Below are positions 30,047 to 40,638 of a DNA stretch of 64,000 nt, piece after piece. The position numbers and the translations under genes are program-made. Within the stretch, counting starts at the first letter, position 1, and each line of letters begins with the position of its first letter. Location: the NCBI GenBank assembly GCA_963666975.2, contig CAXVYR010000003.1, positions 1,152,001-1,216,000 on the forward strand, in the 5' to 3' direction. The stretch is from Terriglobia bacterium. Its GTDB lineage: Bacteria > Acidobacteriota > Terriglobia > 2-12-FULL-54-10. The notes below the pieces were generated by a model. That model worked only from the letters and a program-made list of their open reading frames with translations. It had not been told where the DNA came from and did not search any database.

Positions 30047-30289
30047 ACATTCCCCAAGCGAAGAAACTTTCGCCGCGCCATCTTCTAAAAGAGTAGTCGG
30101 AGATGAAGCGCTAGTATAACACAGTGATCAGGCAGGTTCGCAAAACGGAGCAAGGAACAGCAGGACGGCGCAACAGAGCGGATTCTTCGCATCCCCAGGA
30201 GAAACAGCGCGAAAGACGCCACGGCGCCGGGCAGCAGCGTTTATCGGCCAATGCTTTCCCGTCAATGCTTCCCTATCAACGCTTTTCTA

Positions 30290-32154
30290 TCATTGCTTTT
30301 CTATGGAAGACGACTGCGAAACCGGCTTGCGGTACCATCGCGACATGACCGCTCCCGCCGGCTTGTTTCTAGGGATGAACCTGCCATCCTCGGGGCCTCC
30401 GCCGGAGCCCGTGCTATAAAAAGACCGGAAGATGGCTTCATAGGCGCGGGCCTGTTCCTCTACGTCGACTATGGAGGAGACCCTTTCATTCCATGGCTCG
30501 GTCACTCCCCCCCGCTTGCTGGGAAAGCCAACTTCGGTCAGGAGCACCGGACGGCCCCAGCGCCGCTGGAGCCGCTCCACGCGCCGGAGCACGTCATCAG
30601 CGCCTTTTTGTAACGCCGTGGCGGAAGCATCACCATTCCGTGTCAGAGGGAAATAGTTGTTCAGGCCGATGTAATCGATTCCGTGTCAGAGGGAAATAGT
30701 TGTTCAGGCCGATGTAATCGACCGCCCAGAACGGAAGCTTTTCAAACTCGTTCTCCCAATGCGCGCCGTAGGTAATCGGGCCGTGATAGATTCGCCGGAC
30801 CGTCGCAATCAAATCCCTCCACTCGGTTTCGTAGCGCGTCATCTCCCGAAGCTCATTTCCAATACAGAACAGATCGCTCCCGTTCCATTCGGCCAGCCGA
30901 GCGTTGTGGAGAATCCACTGGCGATACCGGAAGAACCAGAGGTCCCTTTCGCGCTTGTTTTGCAGATGGACATCTCCGGGGAACAATCCTCCCCGCAACC
31001 AGATTTGGGGCTTGAGCATTACCTTCATCCCCAGCCGGCGGGCCTGGAAGGTGGTATTGTTGATCCCTGCATCGCTCTCTCCGGAAAAACGGATCAGCTC
31101 GGGAACATCGGGTCCCGGCATAAAAGAAAAGGGCACCAAGGCGATGGAGTCCACCCCGAGCTGCTGCAAAGACGACAGCACATCTCCAACCCCCGAAGAG
31201 TCATACCCGCCGCCGCGGCGACGCCCCTCCTGAGTGAAGGAAACGCCGCGTTGAAAAAACGGCTGTTGTGAAGCCGCTGCCCGAGGTTCCGGTGAATAAC
31301 TTTTTGCTTGTTCCGTCAGCCATCGGCGCCATGCGGTTTCGAGTTCCTGCGGAGACACATCGAGCGACAAAGCCATGCTGCGGACGAGTGGAGATTGGGC
31401 CGTGGAGTAAAGTTCGCGAAACGTGCCCAGCCCCCACCGGGAGATGATCCAGCGGGCGAACTCCCCTGCCAAGGGCCGGCGGACCAGCGGAGAAAGGAAG
31501 TTGCCTTCTCTGCTGCCGCCTGATTCTGCGTTCGCCAAATAATCGAGCGCATAAGGACCTTCCTCAAAGGTAATCTGCGGCCCCCATTGCTCTATCGGCT
31601 TCGCTCGCCACGTTCCGGCGGCATAGGCAGCGGCTGTGAGTCCCAGGAAGGCATGCGCCGGGCTGCCCCAAACCTGCTGCACCAAAACCTGAGCGTCGGG
31701 CAACGGTTCCACCCGCGGGAATGTCTCATTCCAGACAGCCGCCACGGCGGCCTTGCCGGGGTCGGCGTTAAACTCGCCGCGGCCGTTACCCCTGCCTCTC
31801 TTCTGCTCGAAGGTGGAATGCAGATAGAACTGGATTTTTTCAGCGGGAGGCTGCGCCTCCAACCGTGCCGTCATCTGCCGCCACAGGCGCTCCCGTTCCT
31901 CGCCAAACTTTTGGACTTGCTCCTGGCCGTGGTCCTCCGCGTTGTAAAAGAACTGGTAATGCTCGCTGGCGAATTGTGTCAATTGCGTCAACTGCGTCAT
32001 CTGAGCATCTGAGCGCCTGCGTTGCGCCAACGGAAATGCGGCGGTGGCGGCAATCAAGAGGATGCCGAGTATAGGCAAGAGAATCCAACGGGTAAAACCA
32101 GCGGTCGGAGCCCCTGCCTGAAGACGCTGGCGGATGGACGAACGGGGCATCATT
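30290..32154 (-). pseudogene. GH113-like glycoside hydrolase with N-terminal extra domain, frameshifted by a 43-bp duplication
   Basis: VMLKPQIW, CIGNEL, ITYGAHW, LLTEVGFPS; removing one copy of 30635-30720 restores the frame. Confidence 0.8.
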
Positions 32155-32431
32155 GCTCCTGAAATAGCCGTCTTGTGGGTTTGTTTCCAGTGGGTCGTAT
32201 GCCTAACTCCTAGAGCTAGAGGAATCAATGGGTTTGTTTTGCAAAGAAAGTTTTCTTCGGCGGCGAGAAAGGGCCTATATCTTCTAATCTTCCTTTCGCA
32301 GCCACCCTCCGTATGAGGTGCCTCCCTGGACTGATTCACCGCTGAACAATAACTGGGCACGGTTGGCTCTCCCTCTCACATTTTCCTCCAGCAACAGCGC
32401 AACGCCAATCGAATTAATCCGATTCTTCCGA

Positions 32432-32815
32432 TCACACTCCGGCCTCTGTATCCTGCGACTGAATGGCTCCTGTCAGCCTTGCCAGAATCTTCCTGACTTC
32501 CTGGGCGCTCAGCCCGTGAGGCTCAAAAAAAGATGCGATATCCAGGTCCGGGAAACCGGCCCGCACGAGCCTCTCCGGAAGCAGGCTGCGGATCGTCTCC
32601 GGCTCGCGCCGCGCCAACGCCGAGAGGCAGTCAAAAACAACCTGGTGGTGGACACTCGCGAAGGCATAAGAACGCAGCCGGGAGAGCGTTTCCTCCCGAA
32701 GTTCCCGGTGGAGGCCTCCCTGGCAAATCGCCTGGAGGAGGCGCTCTTCCATCTCGCTGATTGCTTCTTCCGCCACAAGCATTAGGAGATTAGGTTTGCG
32801 ATTTTGTGGGACCAC
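32432..32815 (-). CDS. Hypothetical protein
   Basis: EERLLQAICQ...HQVVFDCL...RAGFPDLD; in operon context. Confidence 0.6.
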   Translation of the reverse strand: MVPQNRKPNLLMLVAEEAISEMEERLLQAICQGGLHRELREETLSRLRSYAFASVHHQVVFDCLSALARREPETIRSLLPERLVRAGFPDLDIASFFEPHGLSAQEVRKILARLTGAIQSQDTEAGV

Positions 32816-32855
32816 CGCCAGCAGTGCTGCCCGGAAATAACTTTACGCCACACCT

Positions 32856-33089
32856 TTAGGCTACAACCGAATCAAGCACGGGGATTCTCAGCCGCCGCAG
32901 CAGAGCAGCGACACCGTTCCGGTCCATGCGAGTCGCGTCATATTCCAAGGCAATCGTCTGCTCCTTCTCGTCGACCCGAATCATGCGCACCCCCAAGTGC
33001 GTAAAGGATTCTCCCAAGTTCCGGGCCTGCCGGGTATCGAGCGTTCCCTGATACTTAAAAACCGCCACCACCGATGTCATGTGTGCCAA
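32856..33089 (-). CDS. Small hypothetical protein
   Basis: Ferredoxin-like fold pattern, EYDATRM; GGAG RBS. Confidence 0.6.
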   Translation of the reverse strand: MAHMTSVVAVFKYQGTLDTRQARNLGESFTHLGVRMIRVDEKEQTIALEYDATRMDRNGVAALLRRLRIPVLDSVVA

Positions 33090-33124
33090 CTCCGACTAAC
33101 TGTATGCCATCTTTTTAAGAAAGT

Positions 33125-33655
33125 TTACGGCCCGGCGAGGAGCGAATCAAAATAAGAGAGCATTTCCTGGCTCGTCCAATCCGCAGGACCGATGATCTTG
33201 TTGACCAGAAGACCGTCACGGCTGATGATGTATGTCTCCGGCAGCTTGAAGGTCCCGTACTGGAGGCTGATTCTGCGGTTCGGGTCCCGCAGAGTCAGAA
33301 AGGCAATTTCATTTTGAGTTAAAAAGTTCTGATAGTCTTCGGGGTCTTCATCGACGCTCACGGCCAGCACCTGCATTCCCTGGCCGTCATAGCTCTCTTG
33401 CAGGCGGTTCAGGGAAGGCATCTCTTCGATGCAGGGAGGGCACCAAGTGGCCCAGAAGTTTAAGACCACAATCTGTCCCCGGTAATCCTGCAAGGCAATG
33501 ACCTGCCCGTCACCATCCCGAAGAGTGAAGCTCGGAACCTGCTCTCCCAGCGCGGGCGCCTGGCTCTGTCCGTGCGGTTGCGAGAAAAAAACCACAAACA
33601 GGCCCACCATCAAAAGCAGGGTGATTTTGGCGGCGGTTTCTTTTTGAGCAGTCAT
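33125..33655 (-). CDS. TlpA/ResA-family disulfide reductase
   Basis: LNFWATWCPPCIEEMPSL, PETY. Confidence 0.95.
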   Translation of the reverse strand: MTAQKETAAKITLLLMVGLFVVFFSQPHGQSQAPALGEQVPSFTLRDGDGQVIALQDYRGQIVVLNFWATWCPPCIEEMPSLNRLQESYDGQGMQVLAVSVDEDPEDYQNFLTQNEIAFLTLRDPNRRISLQYGTFKLPETYIISRDGLLVNKIIGPADWTSQEMLSYFDSLLAGP

Positions 33656-33707
33656 GGCATCTACCTAATATAATAACGAATCTTCGGGGGAAAGGGAGAC
33701 GAAATCT

Positions 33708-34787
33708 GTGGACCAACCGGAAAAGCCACCCCTGGTTTCGGTGATCGTGCCGGCCCGAAATGAGGAGCAGAACATTGCTGACTGCCTTCACTCCCTGCTG
33801 GAACAAGGCAGCGGCATCGAAATCGCCGTAGAAACCGCTGTAGAAATCATCGTGGCCGACTACGGTTCGGAGGACAAAACGGCTGCGATTGTCGCCCAAA
33901 TTGCCGCCGACAAGCCCCACGGTAAACATGTCAAACTGGTTTCCGTGCCCCCTTTGCCGCAAGGGTGGGTCGGCAAAAACCATGCACTCCATGCGGGAGT
34001 CCGTCATTCCAGGGGAGAATGGTTGTTGTTCACTGACGCAGACACGCTCCATGTGGCAGGAAAACTGCCCGCTGTCATCGAGCGCGCTCAACGGGAAGAT
34101 TTGAGCCTGCTTTCCTTCTCCCCTCGCCAGGAGGTTCGCACATGGTGGGAGCGGGCCGTGATCCCTGCACTGTATGAGCAACTCGCCAAGCTCTACCCCT
34201 ACGAGCGAGTGAACGATCCGGCAGATTCAGCTGCCGCCGCCAACGGGCAGTATATCCTCTTCCGGCGGGAAGCTTATTTCGTCATGGGCGGGCACGAGGC
34301 CGTGCGGGACGCAGTGCTCGAAGACGTGGAGCTGGCCCGGAGGACCAAACAGGCTGGGTTCCGCATCTGGTTCGGTCCGGGCGAGGGTATTGTGAGCACC
34401 CGCATGTATCGCTGCTTTGGAGAAATGTGGGAAGGCTGGACGAAAAACTTATTTCTGCTTTACCATGGAGATTCCCGCGCCGTATGGCGAACGGCGGCAG
34501 CATTGCTGGGCCGCTACCTGCTCCCGTCGGCAGCAGGGGTGATGTTTTTGCTGTTCGGTTCCACTCCGCTGCAAGGGCTCGGGTTGGCGATGCTGTTTTT
34601 TGCAGGCTGGCAGCATGTCGCCTGCTGGAGAAAGCTGGGAAAGGAAGCGCCGGTCGCTGCCATGCTTTGTCTACTGCCGGGCGCTTTGCTGATCTCCCTT
34701 TTGCTGCTGAACTCAGAGCGGCGCTATCGCCGCCAAAAAGGCATCCGGTGGAAGGGCCGGCGGTATCGCAGCCGCCAGCAGGTGTAA
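33708..34787 (+). CDS. Glycosyltransferase family 2
   Basis: SVIVPARNEE, GWVGKNHA, LFTDAD, ANGQY, LEDVEL, EGWTKN. Confidence 0.9.
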   Translation: MDQPEKPPLVSVIVPARNEEQNIADCLHSLLEQGSGIEIAVETAVEIIVADYGSEDKTAAIVAQIAADKPHGKHVKLVSVPPLPQGWVGKNHALHAGVRHSRGEWLLFTDADTLHVAGKLPAVIERAQREDLSLLSFSPRQEVRTWWERAVIPALYEQLAKLYPYERVNDPADSAAAANGQYILFRREAYFVMGGHEAVRDAVLEDVELARRTKQAGFRIWFGPGEGIVSTRMYRCFGEMWEGWTKNLFLLYHGDSRAVWRTAAALLGRYLLPSAAGVMFLLFGSTPLQGLGLAMLFFAGWQHVACWRKLGKEAPVAAMLCLLPGALLISLLLLNSERRYRRQKGIRWKGRRYRSRQQV

Positions 34788-34849
34788 GATACAAAACCGC
34801 CCGGTGGTTGTCCGAACGCCGGGGAATATTGAACGGTGAACCTCAAACC

Positions 34850-35269
34850 ATGATTTATCTCACACGGAAAGCGGAGTTTTCCGCCTCGCACTATTACCAC
34901 AGCCCGGAACTTTCGCCTGAGGAAAACCGGCGGATCTTCGGCAAGTGCAATAACCCGCTCGGCCATGGACATAACTATGTGCTGGAGGTCACCGTTCAGG
35001 GAGAGATTGATCCGCGTTCCGGAATGGTGGTGGACTTGAAAGACCTCAAGGAGATACTGGCTCGCGAGGTGATGGACATCTTCGACCACCGCTTCCTCAA
35101 CGAAGAAGTTCCCGAATTTCGCACTCGCGTGCCTACCACGGAAAATCTGGCGGTATCCATCTGGCGGAGGATCGCTCCCAAATTGTCATTCTGCGCACTG
35201 CACCGGGTCCGTCTCTATGAGACGCCGGATCTATTTGTGGATTACTTCGGGTCCACGGAAAAGCAATAA
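34850..35269 (+). CDS. 6-pyruvoyl/6-carboxy-tetrahydropterin synthase, copy 1
   Basis: FSASH, KCNNPLGHGHNY, DHRFLN, PTTEN, LYETP. Confidence 0.9.
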   Translation: MIYLTRKAEFSASHYYHSPELSPEENRRIFGKCNNPLGHGHNYVLEVTVQGEIDPRSGMVVDLKDLKEILAREVMDIFDHRFLNEEVPEFRTRVPTTENLAVSIWRRIAPKLSFCALHRVRLYETPDLFVDYFGSTEKQ

Positions 35270-35338
35270 TTTCCCCGGCAAGAAACGATCTTTCCATCGT
35301 GCGCCGCACGAGGAAAGCCGGCTGGAAAGGAAAAGCCG

Positions 35339-35767
35339 TTGGTTCACTTGACGCGCCGCTACATGTTTTCCGCCTCCCACCGGCTGCACAATCCCCGCCT
35401 GGCAGACGGAGAAAACAGCCAAATCTACGGGAAATGCAACAACCCCGGCGGGCACGGCCATAATTATTTTTTGGAGGTCACCGTGGCGGGTCCCATCGAC
35501 CCGCTCACCGGGATGGTGGTAAATCTCGCGGAGCTGGACGGCTACGTGCAGAGCGCCATCCTGACTCCTTTCGACCAGACCAGCCTGAACGGGCAACCGA
35601 TTTTCGCAAAGCTGGTCCCCACCTCGGAAAACCTCTGCATCGAAATCCACCGGATTCTGCAGGAAGGGTGGAAGGAACTGCCTTCCGGAAAAAAAGCGCG
35701 GTTACAGAGTGTACGCCTGGAGGAGACCATCTCGAATTTTTTTGAATACAGCGGGGACGCGCAGTAA
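35339..35767 (+). CDS. 6-pyruvoyl/6-carboxy-tetrahydropterin synthase, copy 2
   Basis: FSASH, KCNNPGGHGHNY, PTSEN, LEET. Confidence 0.9.
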   Translation: MVHLTRRYMFSASHRLHNPRLADGENSQIYGKCNNPGGHGHNYFLEVTVAGPIDPLTGMVVNLAELDGYVQSAILTPFDQTSLNGQPIFAKLVPTSENLCIEIHRILQEGWKELPSGKKARLQSVRLEETISNFFEYSGDAQ

Positions 35768-35857
35768 TCGCAAAATAATCTTTTGGGAACGATGGGGTTC
35801 CGATGATGTGTACGGTGGAGAAAATCACCGGATACGCTGAGCCGGTGATCCTAGAAA

Positions 35858-36487
35858 ATGCAGGAGAAACAAATGAAGGATTCCGATAACCGTTTGAAAG
35901 TTCCTAAAAAGGGCGCAGCCGCGGATGATCCCCTGCGAAGCGCCGCCCGCCAGATTCTGGTCTCACTGGGTGAGGACCCCGACCGGGAAGGGCTCCAAGG
36001 AACCCCGGATCGAATCGCGAAAACGCTGCGTTACCTCACCAGCGGATACCAAATGAAGCTGGACCGTGTGCTGAATGATGCCCTCTATTCGGTCAGCTAT
36101 GATGAGATGGTGATTGTGAAGGATATCGAGCTGTTCAGCTTGTGCGAGCACCACATGCTTCCGTTTTTCGGAAAGTGCCACGTTGCCTACGTGCCCGGCA
36201 AAAAAGTAATCGGGCTCAGCAAGATTCCCCGGGTGGTCGATATGTTCTCCCGCCGGCTGCAAGTGCAGGAAAGGCTGACGAACCAAATTGCTGAAACCCT
36301 TCAGGAAACAATCCGCCCCCAGGGCGTTGGCGTCGTCATCGAGGCCCGGCACCTCTGCATGATGATGCGGGGGGTGGAAAAGCAACACTCCCAGGCGGTC
36401 ACCAGCGCCATGCTCGGCGTATTTCGGCAGCAACAGCAGACGAGGGAGGAATTTCTCTCTCTCGTCCTTAGCTCGCCGAGGGCGTAA
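35858..36487 (+). CDS. folE: GTP cyclohydrolase I
   Basis: [38 protein letters not shown]. Confidence 0.97.
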   Translation: MQEKQMKDSDNRLKVPKKGAAADDPLRSAARQILVSLGEDPDREGLQGTPDRIAKTLRYLTSGYQMKLDRVLNDALYSVSYDEMVIVKDIELFSLCEHHMLPFFGKCHVAYVPGKKVIGLSKIPRVVDMFSRRLQVQERLTNQIAETLQETIRPQGVGVVIEARHLCMMMRGVEKQHSQAVTSAMLGVFRQQQQTREEFLSLVLSSPRA

Positions 36488-36732
36488 TCTCCTGCTCATT
36501 TCGTTTCCGCTTTCTGATTGGCTTGGACTCTCTCTAATGTCAAACGACCGTCAAAAGCTAAAAGGGTTTGACAGCACCGCCTCGCCCCTTTAGGCTGGAA
36601 TTCCCGAAAGAACATTTCCGTAAAAGGAGCGTCCATTCCTAAGCCATAATGCGGTAATGTCTCAATGGGATGCTCAGTAATCGGACTAAGAATCTTGAAA
36701 AAACACCATAGCGGGATGGGGTGGGAGAAATA

Positions 36733-39700
36733 ATGCTCACAAATCTCACCGTCCGAAATTTCAAAAGTTTTGGCGAAGTCAACATCGAACTTGGCGATCC
36801 GGTTGTCTTTATCGGCCCCAACAATTCCGGGAAGACATCAGCGCTTCAAGCTCTTGCCCTCTGGGAAGTAGGACTCCGCCACTGGAACGAAAAACGCAAA
36901 GGTAAGACGGCTCCAGAGAAACGTCCGGGCGTCACCATTAACCGGCGTGACCTAGTCTCCATACCGATTCCAGACGCTAATCTTCTCTGGCGGGACCTTC
37001 ATGTCAGAGATGTTAAACAAGTCAGTGGGAAGCCAGATACAAAAAACATCCGAATCGACATCATCGTTGAGGGTGTGACGGAAGACAAGGAATGGAAATG
37101 CGGTCTAGAGTTCGATTACGCGAATCAGGAGTCTTTCTACTGCCGTCCACTGCGTCTGTTAGAAAGAAAAAATTCGGACCGAATGCTGATTCCCGATGAA
37201 GTAGAGAAAGTTCAGATGGCCTTTCTGCCGCCTATGTCGGGTTTATCCGCGAATGAGACTCGCCTCGACATTGGTGCAATCAACGTTCGCGTCGGGGAGG
37301 GAAGAACCGCTGAGGTCTTGCGAAACCTCTGCTACAGGATTTACACACAACACAGAGAGTATTGGGGGAAACTGGTTTCTCACATCAATGCACTGTTTGG
37401 ATCAAAGCTTCATGTCCCCCAATACATTCCTGCGCGTGGTGAGATCGAAATGGGTTACAGGGAAGGAGGAAGCACTAAACTTTTTGACCTCTCTTCTTCC
37501 GGCAGAGGACTTCAGCAGACCCTTCTCTTGCTCTCATACATGTACTCCAACCGGGGAGCCGTCCTCCTACTAGACGAGCCCAACGCACATTTAGAAATTC
37601 TCCGGCAGAGACAAATTTATCAAGTGCTTGTGGATGTCTCTCGTGAGAACGGCAACCAAGTCATCGCGGCAAGCCATTCCGAGGTGTTGCTCAATGAGGC
37701 TGCTGGCAGGGATGTCGTTATCGCTTTTCTAGGCAATCCGCATAGGATTGGCGACCGCGGCAGCCAGGTCCTAAAGGCATTAAAGGATATTGGCTTTGAG
37801 CACTATTACCAAGCGGAGCAAACGGGTTGGGTCCTTTACCTGGAGGGATCGAGCGATTTGGCCACTCTCCGGGCGTTTGCGGAAAAGCTGGAGTACCAAG
37901 AGGCGATTTCGGCTCTAGAAAGACCATACGTCCAATACGTTGGGAACCAACCAAACGAGATCAGAAAGCACTTTTATGGCCTGCGTGAGGCGAAACAAGA
38001 CCTGCAAGGAATCGCAATATTTGACAAACTTACTCAGGAGCTCCCAACCGATTTGGGTGTTCCAGCTCTTGAGTGGAAGCGCCGAGAAATCGAAAATTAT
38101 TTGTGTTACCAGGAGTCACTTGAGGCCTACGCTGCAGCTACAGCCCAGCAAGAGATTGCTGGTCCACTTTTTAATTCTGCGGAGGCTGCCCGGCGAATTA
38201 CGGCCATGCAAGAGTCAATCCACGAAGTCGAGCAGGCAATGGAAACTCTCGGTAAAGGCTCCCCGTGGGACCCCAACACCAAGGTGAGCGACGTTTTTCT
38301 GACACCATTGTTCGAGACATATTTCGAGAAATTAAATCTTCCCAACGTGATGGCGAAGAAAAATTTTCATGAATTGGCCCGGCTCGTACCCAAAGCGAAC
38401 ATGGACACAGAGGTAAAAGATCACTGCTGTCCGGCTAAAATTTCAGAACAGCCAACAAGTCTCATGAGAGCAAAAGGTTACGGGCATTGGAGCATTTTTC
38501 GATTTGAAATCCGCGAGGGCGAAAAATGGCTTTGAACGTAAAGACTGGGGTAGGCGACAGAATAGTGCATGAACATCGGTCGCACCGTTTTCGCTCAGCT
38601 TATGGATCACGTGCCCTCGTACGAGTTTCACAAATGCGTCACGCGCTACCGTGGCGACGATCACCTGCGAAGCTTTTCTTGCTGGGACCAGTTTCTGGCG
38701 ATGGCGTTCGCTCAGTTGACTTACCGCGAGAGTCTCCGCGACATCGAGGCGTGTCTGCGTTCCATGACCAGCAAACTCTACCACATCGGATTGCGCGGCA
38801 ACGTGGCGCGCTCGACACTGGCCGATGCCAACGAGTCGCACGACTGGCGCATCTACGCGGACTTCGCCCAGGTGTTGATCGGCATCGCACGGCCTTTGTA
38901 TGCGCGCGATCCGATCGGCGTCGATCTGGATCAGAGCCTGTACGCGCTGGACTCCACCACCATCGACCTCTGCCTCTCGCTGTTTCCGTGGGCACGATTC
39001 CGCCAACACAAGGCTGCCGTCAAACTGCATACGCTGCTGGACCTGCAGGGCAACATCCCCACGTTTCTCCGCGTCACGGCCGGTGCCGTGCACGATGTCA
39101 ACATCCTCGACGAGATCGTTCCGGAAGCGGGCGCGTTCTACGTGATGGATCGCGGCTACATCGACTTCGAGCGACTCTTTGTCTTCACACTCTGCTCCGC
39201 ATTTTTCGTCGTGCGGACGAAAGAGAACGTCTTGCTCCAACGCCGCTATTCTCATCCAGCAGACAGAACCAGCGGCTTGCGATCCGATCATACCGTGATC
39301 CTGACCGGGAACGCCTCGGCCAGGGCATACCCCGATCCGCTACGGCGCGTTACGTACTTCGATGCAGAAACAAACAAGCGCCTGAAGTTTCTTACCAACA
39401 ATTTCGTGCTACCCGCACTCACTATCGCTCAAATCTACAAGTGCCGCTGGCAGGTGGAACTGTTCTTCAAATGGATCAAGCAGCACCTGCGAATCAAGGC
39501 ATTCTATGGCACCAGCCAAAACGCAGTGAAGACTCAAATCTGGATCGCCGTTTCGATCTATGTACTCGTGGCCATTGTCCGGAAGCGTCTCGCTTTGGAA
39601 GCCAGCCTTTACCAAATTTTACAGATTCTCAGTGTTACTCTTTTCGAGAAAGTGCCCATTTTACAGGCCCTGGAAGCATCGGGCTCCCAAGACGATTTAG

Positions 39701-39817
39701 TCAGAAATCCCAACCAGTTGATTCTGTTCGAGTTTTAACCGGACAGCAATGGTAAAAGATAAACTTGATGCCATTGTTGAGGCGAAAAAGAATGCAAATC
39801 CCGAACTGATCGAGTAA
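36733..39817 (+). CDS. OLD-like ABC/AAA ATPase with TOPRIM-like domain, 3' end interrupted by IS4
   Basis: Walker A GPNNSGKT, SSGRG, LLLDEP, ASHS, LYLEGSSD, EIENY; native tail KLDAIVEAKKNANPELIE* resumes after the IS. Confidence 0.8.
38422..39751 (+). mobile_element. IS4-family element, copy 2
   Basis: Near-identical to 11882-13211 in the opposite orientation; TSD GTAAAAGAT (38413-38421, 39752-39760). Confidence 0.95.
38569..39738 (+). CDS. IS4-family transposase
   Basis: 389 aa, three amino-acid differences from copy 1. Confidence 0.95.
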   Translation: MNIGRTVFAQLMDHVPSYEFHKCVTRYRGDDHLRSFSCWDQFLAMAFAQLTYRESLRDIEACLRSMTSKLYHIGLRGNVARSTLADANESHDWRIYADFAQVLIGIARPLYARDPIGVDLDQSLYALDSTTIDLCLSLFPWARFRQHKAAVKLHTLLDLQGNIPTFLRVTAGAVHDVNILDEIVPEAGAFYVMDRGYIDFERLFVFTLCSAFFVVRTKENVLLQRRYSHPADRTSGLRSDHTVILTGNASARAYPDPLRRVTYFDAETNKRLKFLTNNFVLPALTIAQIYKCRWQVELFFKWIKQHLRIKAFYGTSQNAVKTQIWIAVSIYVLVAIVRKRLALEASLYQILQILSVTLFEKVPILQALEASGSQDDLVRNPNQLILFEF

Positions 39818-40638
39818 TGAATGAATCAATTGATGCTGAGATTTCGTCGATGACACCATCAGCCTCGAGACAGGCGATGAAAACTAGCGACCTGGAAGCA
39901 CTGCTTTCCTCTGCCAAATCCGTTTGCGTTCTGACCGGAGCCGGCATTTCTCAGGAAAGCGGCGTTCCTACGTTTCGCGGCGCCGGCGGATTGTGGAAAC
40001 AATACCGGCCCGAGGAGCTGGCGACACCCGAGGCCTTTGCCCGCGATCCGATGATGGTCTGGGAGTGGTACGCATGGAGACGGGAGATCATCGGGCGCGC
40101 CCAACCGAACGCGGCCCACTTCGCTCTGGCGGAGTTGGAACAGCGGCTTGCCGGTGACCGAAATGGTGATCTCACTGGAGAGCAAGCAGAGCCATTCACC
40201 CTGCTCACACAAAACGTGGACGGCCTGCACGAGCGCGCCGGTTCCCGCAACGTGATCCGTCTGCACGGCGATATCTGGCGGCTGCGCTGCACGCAGTGCG
40301 GGGCCGCGCGGCAGGACTACTCGGTTCCCTTGGACCCGTTTCCTCCGCGCTGCGACTGCTCTTCTCTGATGAGGCCCGGCGTGGTTTGGTTCGGCGAGGC
40401 CCTGCCGGAAGCCGCATGGAGACTGGCGGCGATGGCCGCCGGTTCGGCCGAATTATTTCTAATTGTCGGAACCTCGGCGCTGGTGGAACCGGCCGCTTCC
40501 CTGCCCTTGCTGGGCAAACAGAATGGCGCGCGGCTGATTGAAATCAACCTCGACCCGACGCCTCTTTCCGGCCTGGCAGAGTTGTCGATCCGGGGAAAGG
40601 CGGCGGAAATTTTGAGACCGTTACGGGGAAAGCTGTGA
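39817..40638 (+). CDS. cobB: NAD-dependent protein deacylase (sirtuin)
   Basis: TGAGISQESG.PTFRG, TQNVDGLH, CxxC/CxC, RPGVVWFGE, VGTS. Confidence 0.93.
   Translation: MNESIDAEISSMTPSASRQAMKTSDLEALLSSAKSVCVLTGAGISQESGVPTFRGAGGLWKQYRPEELATPEAFARDPMMVWEWYAWRREIIGRAQPNAAHFALAELEQRLAGDRNGDLTGEQAEPFTLLTQNVDGLHERAGSRNVIRLHGDIWRLRCTQCGAARQDYSVPLDPFPPRCDCSSLMRPGVVWFGEALPEAAWRLAAMAAGSAELFLIVGTSALVEPAASLPLLGKQNGARLIEINLDPTPLSGLAELSIRGKAAEILRPLRGKL

Noticed and set aside
36733-40638. ATPase plus Sir2 as a two-gene defence system (Sir2-HerA/Thoeris-like)
   Set aside because: The sirtuin is a canonical Zn-binding CobB at host-like GC, coupled to larC-metG-tatD; adjacency is better explained by insertion of the ATPase.
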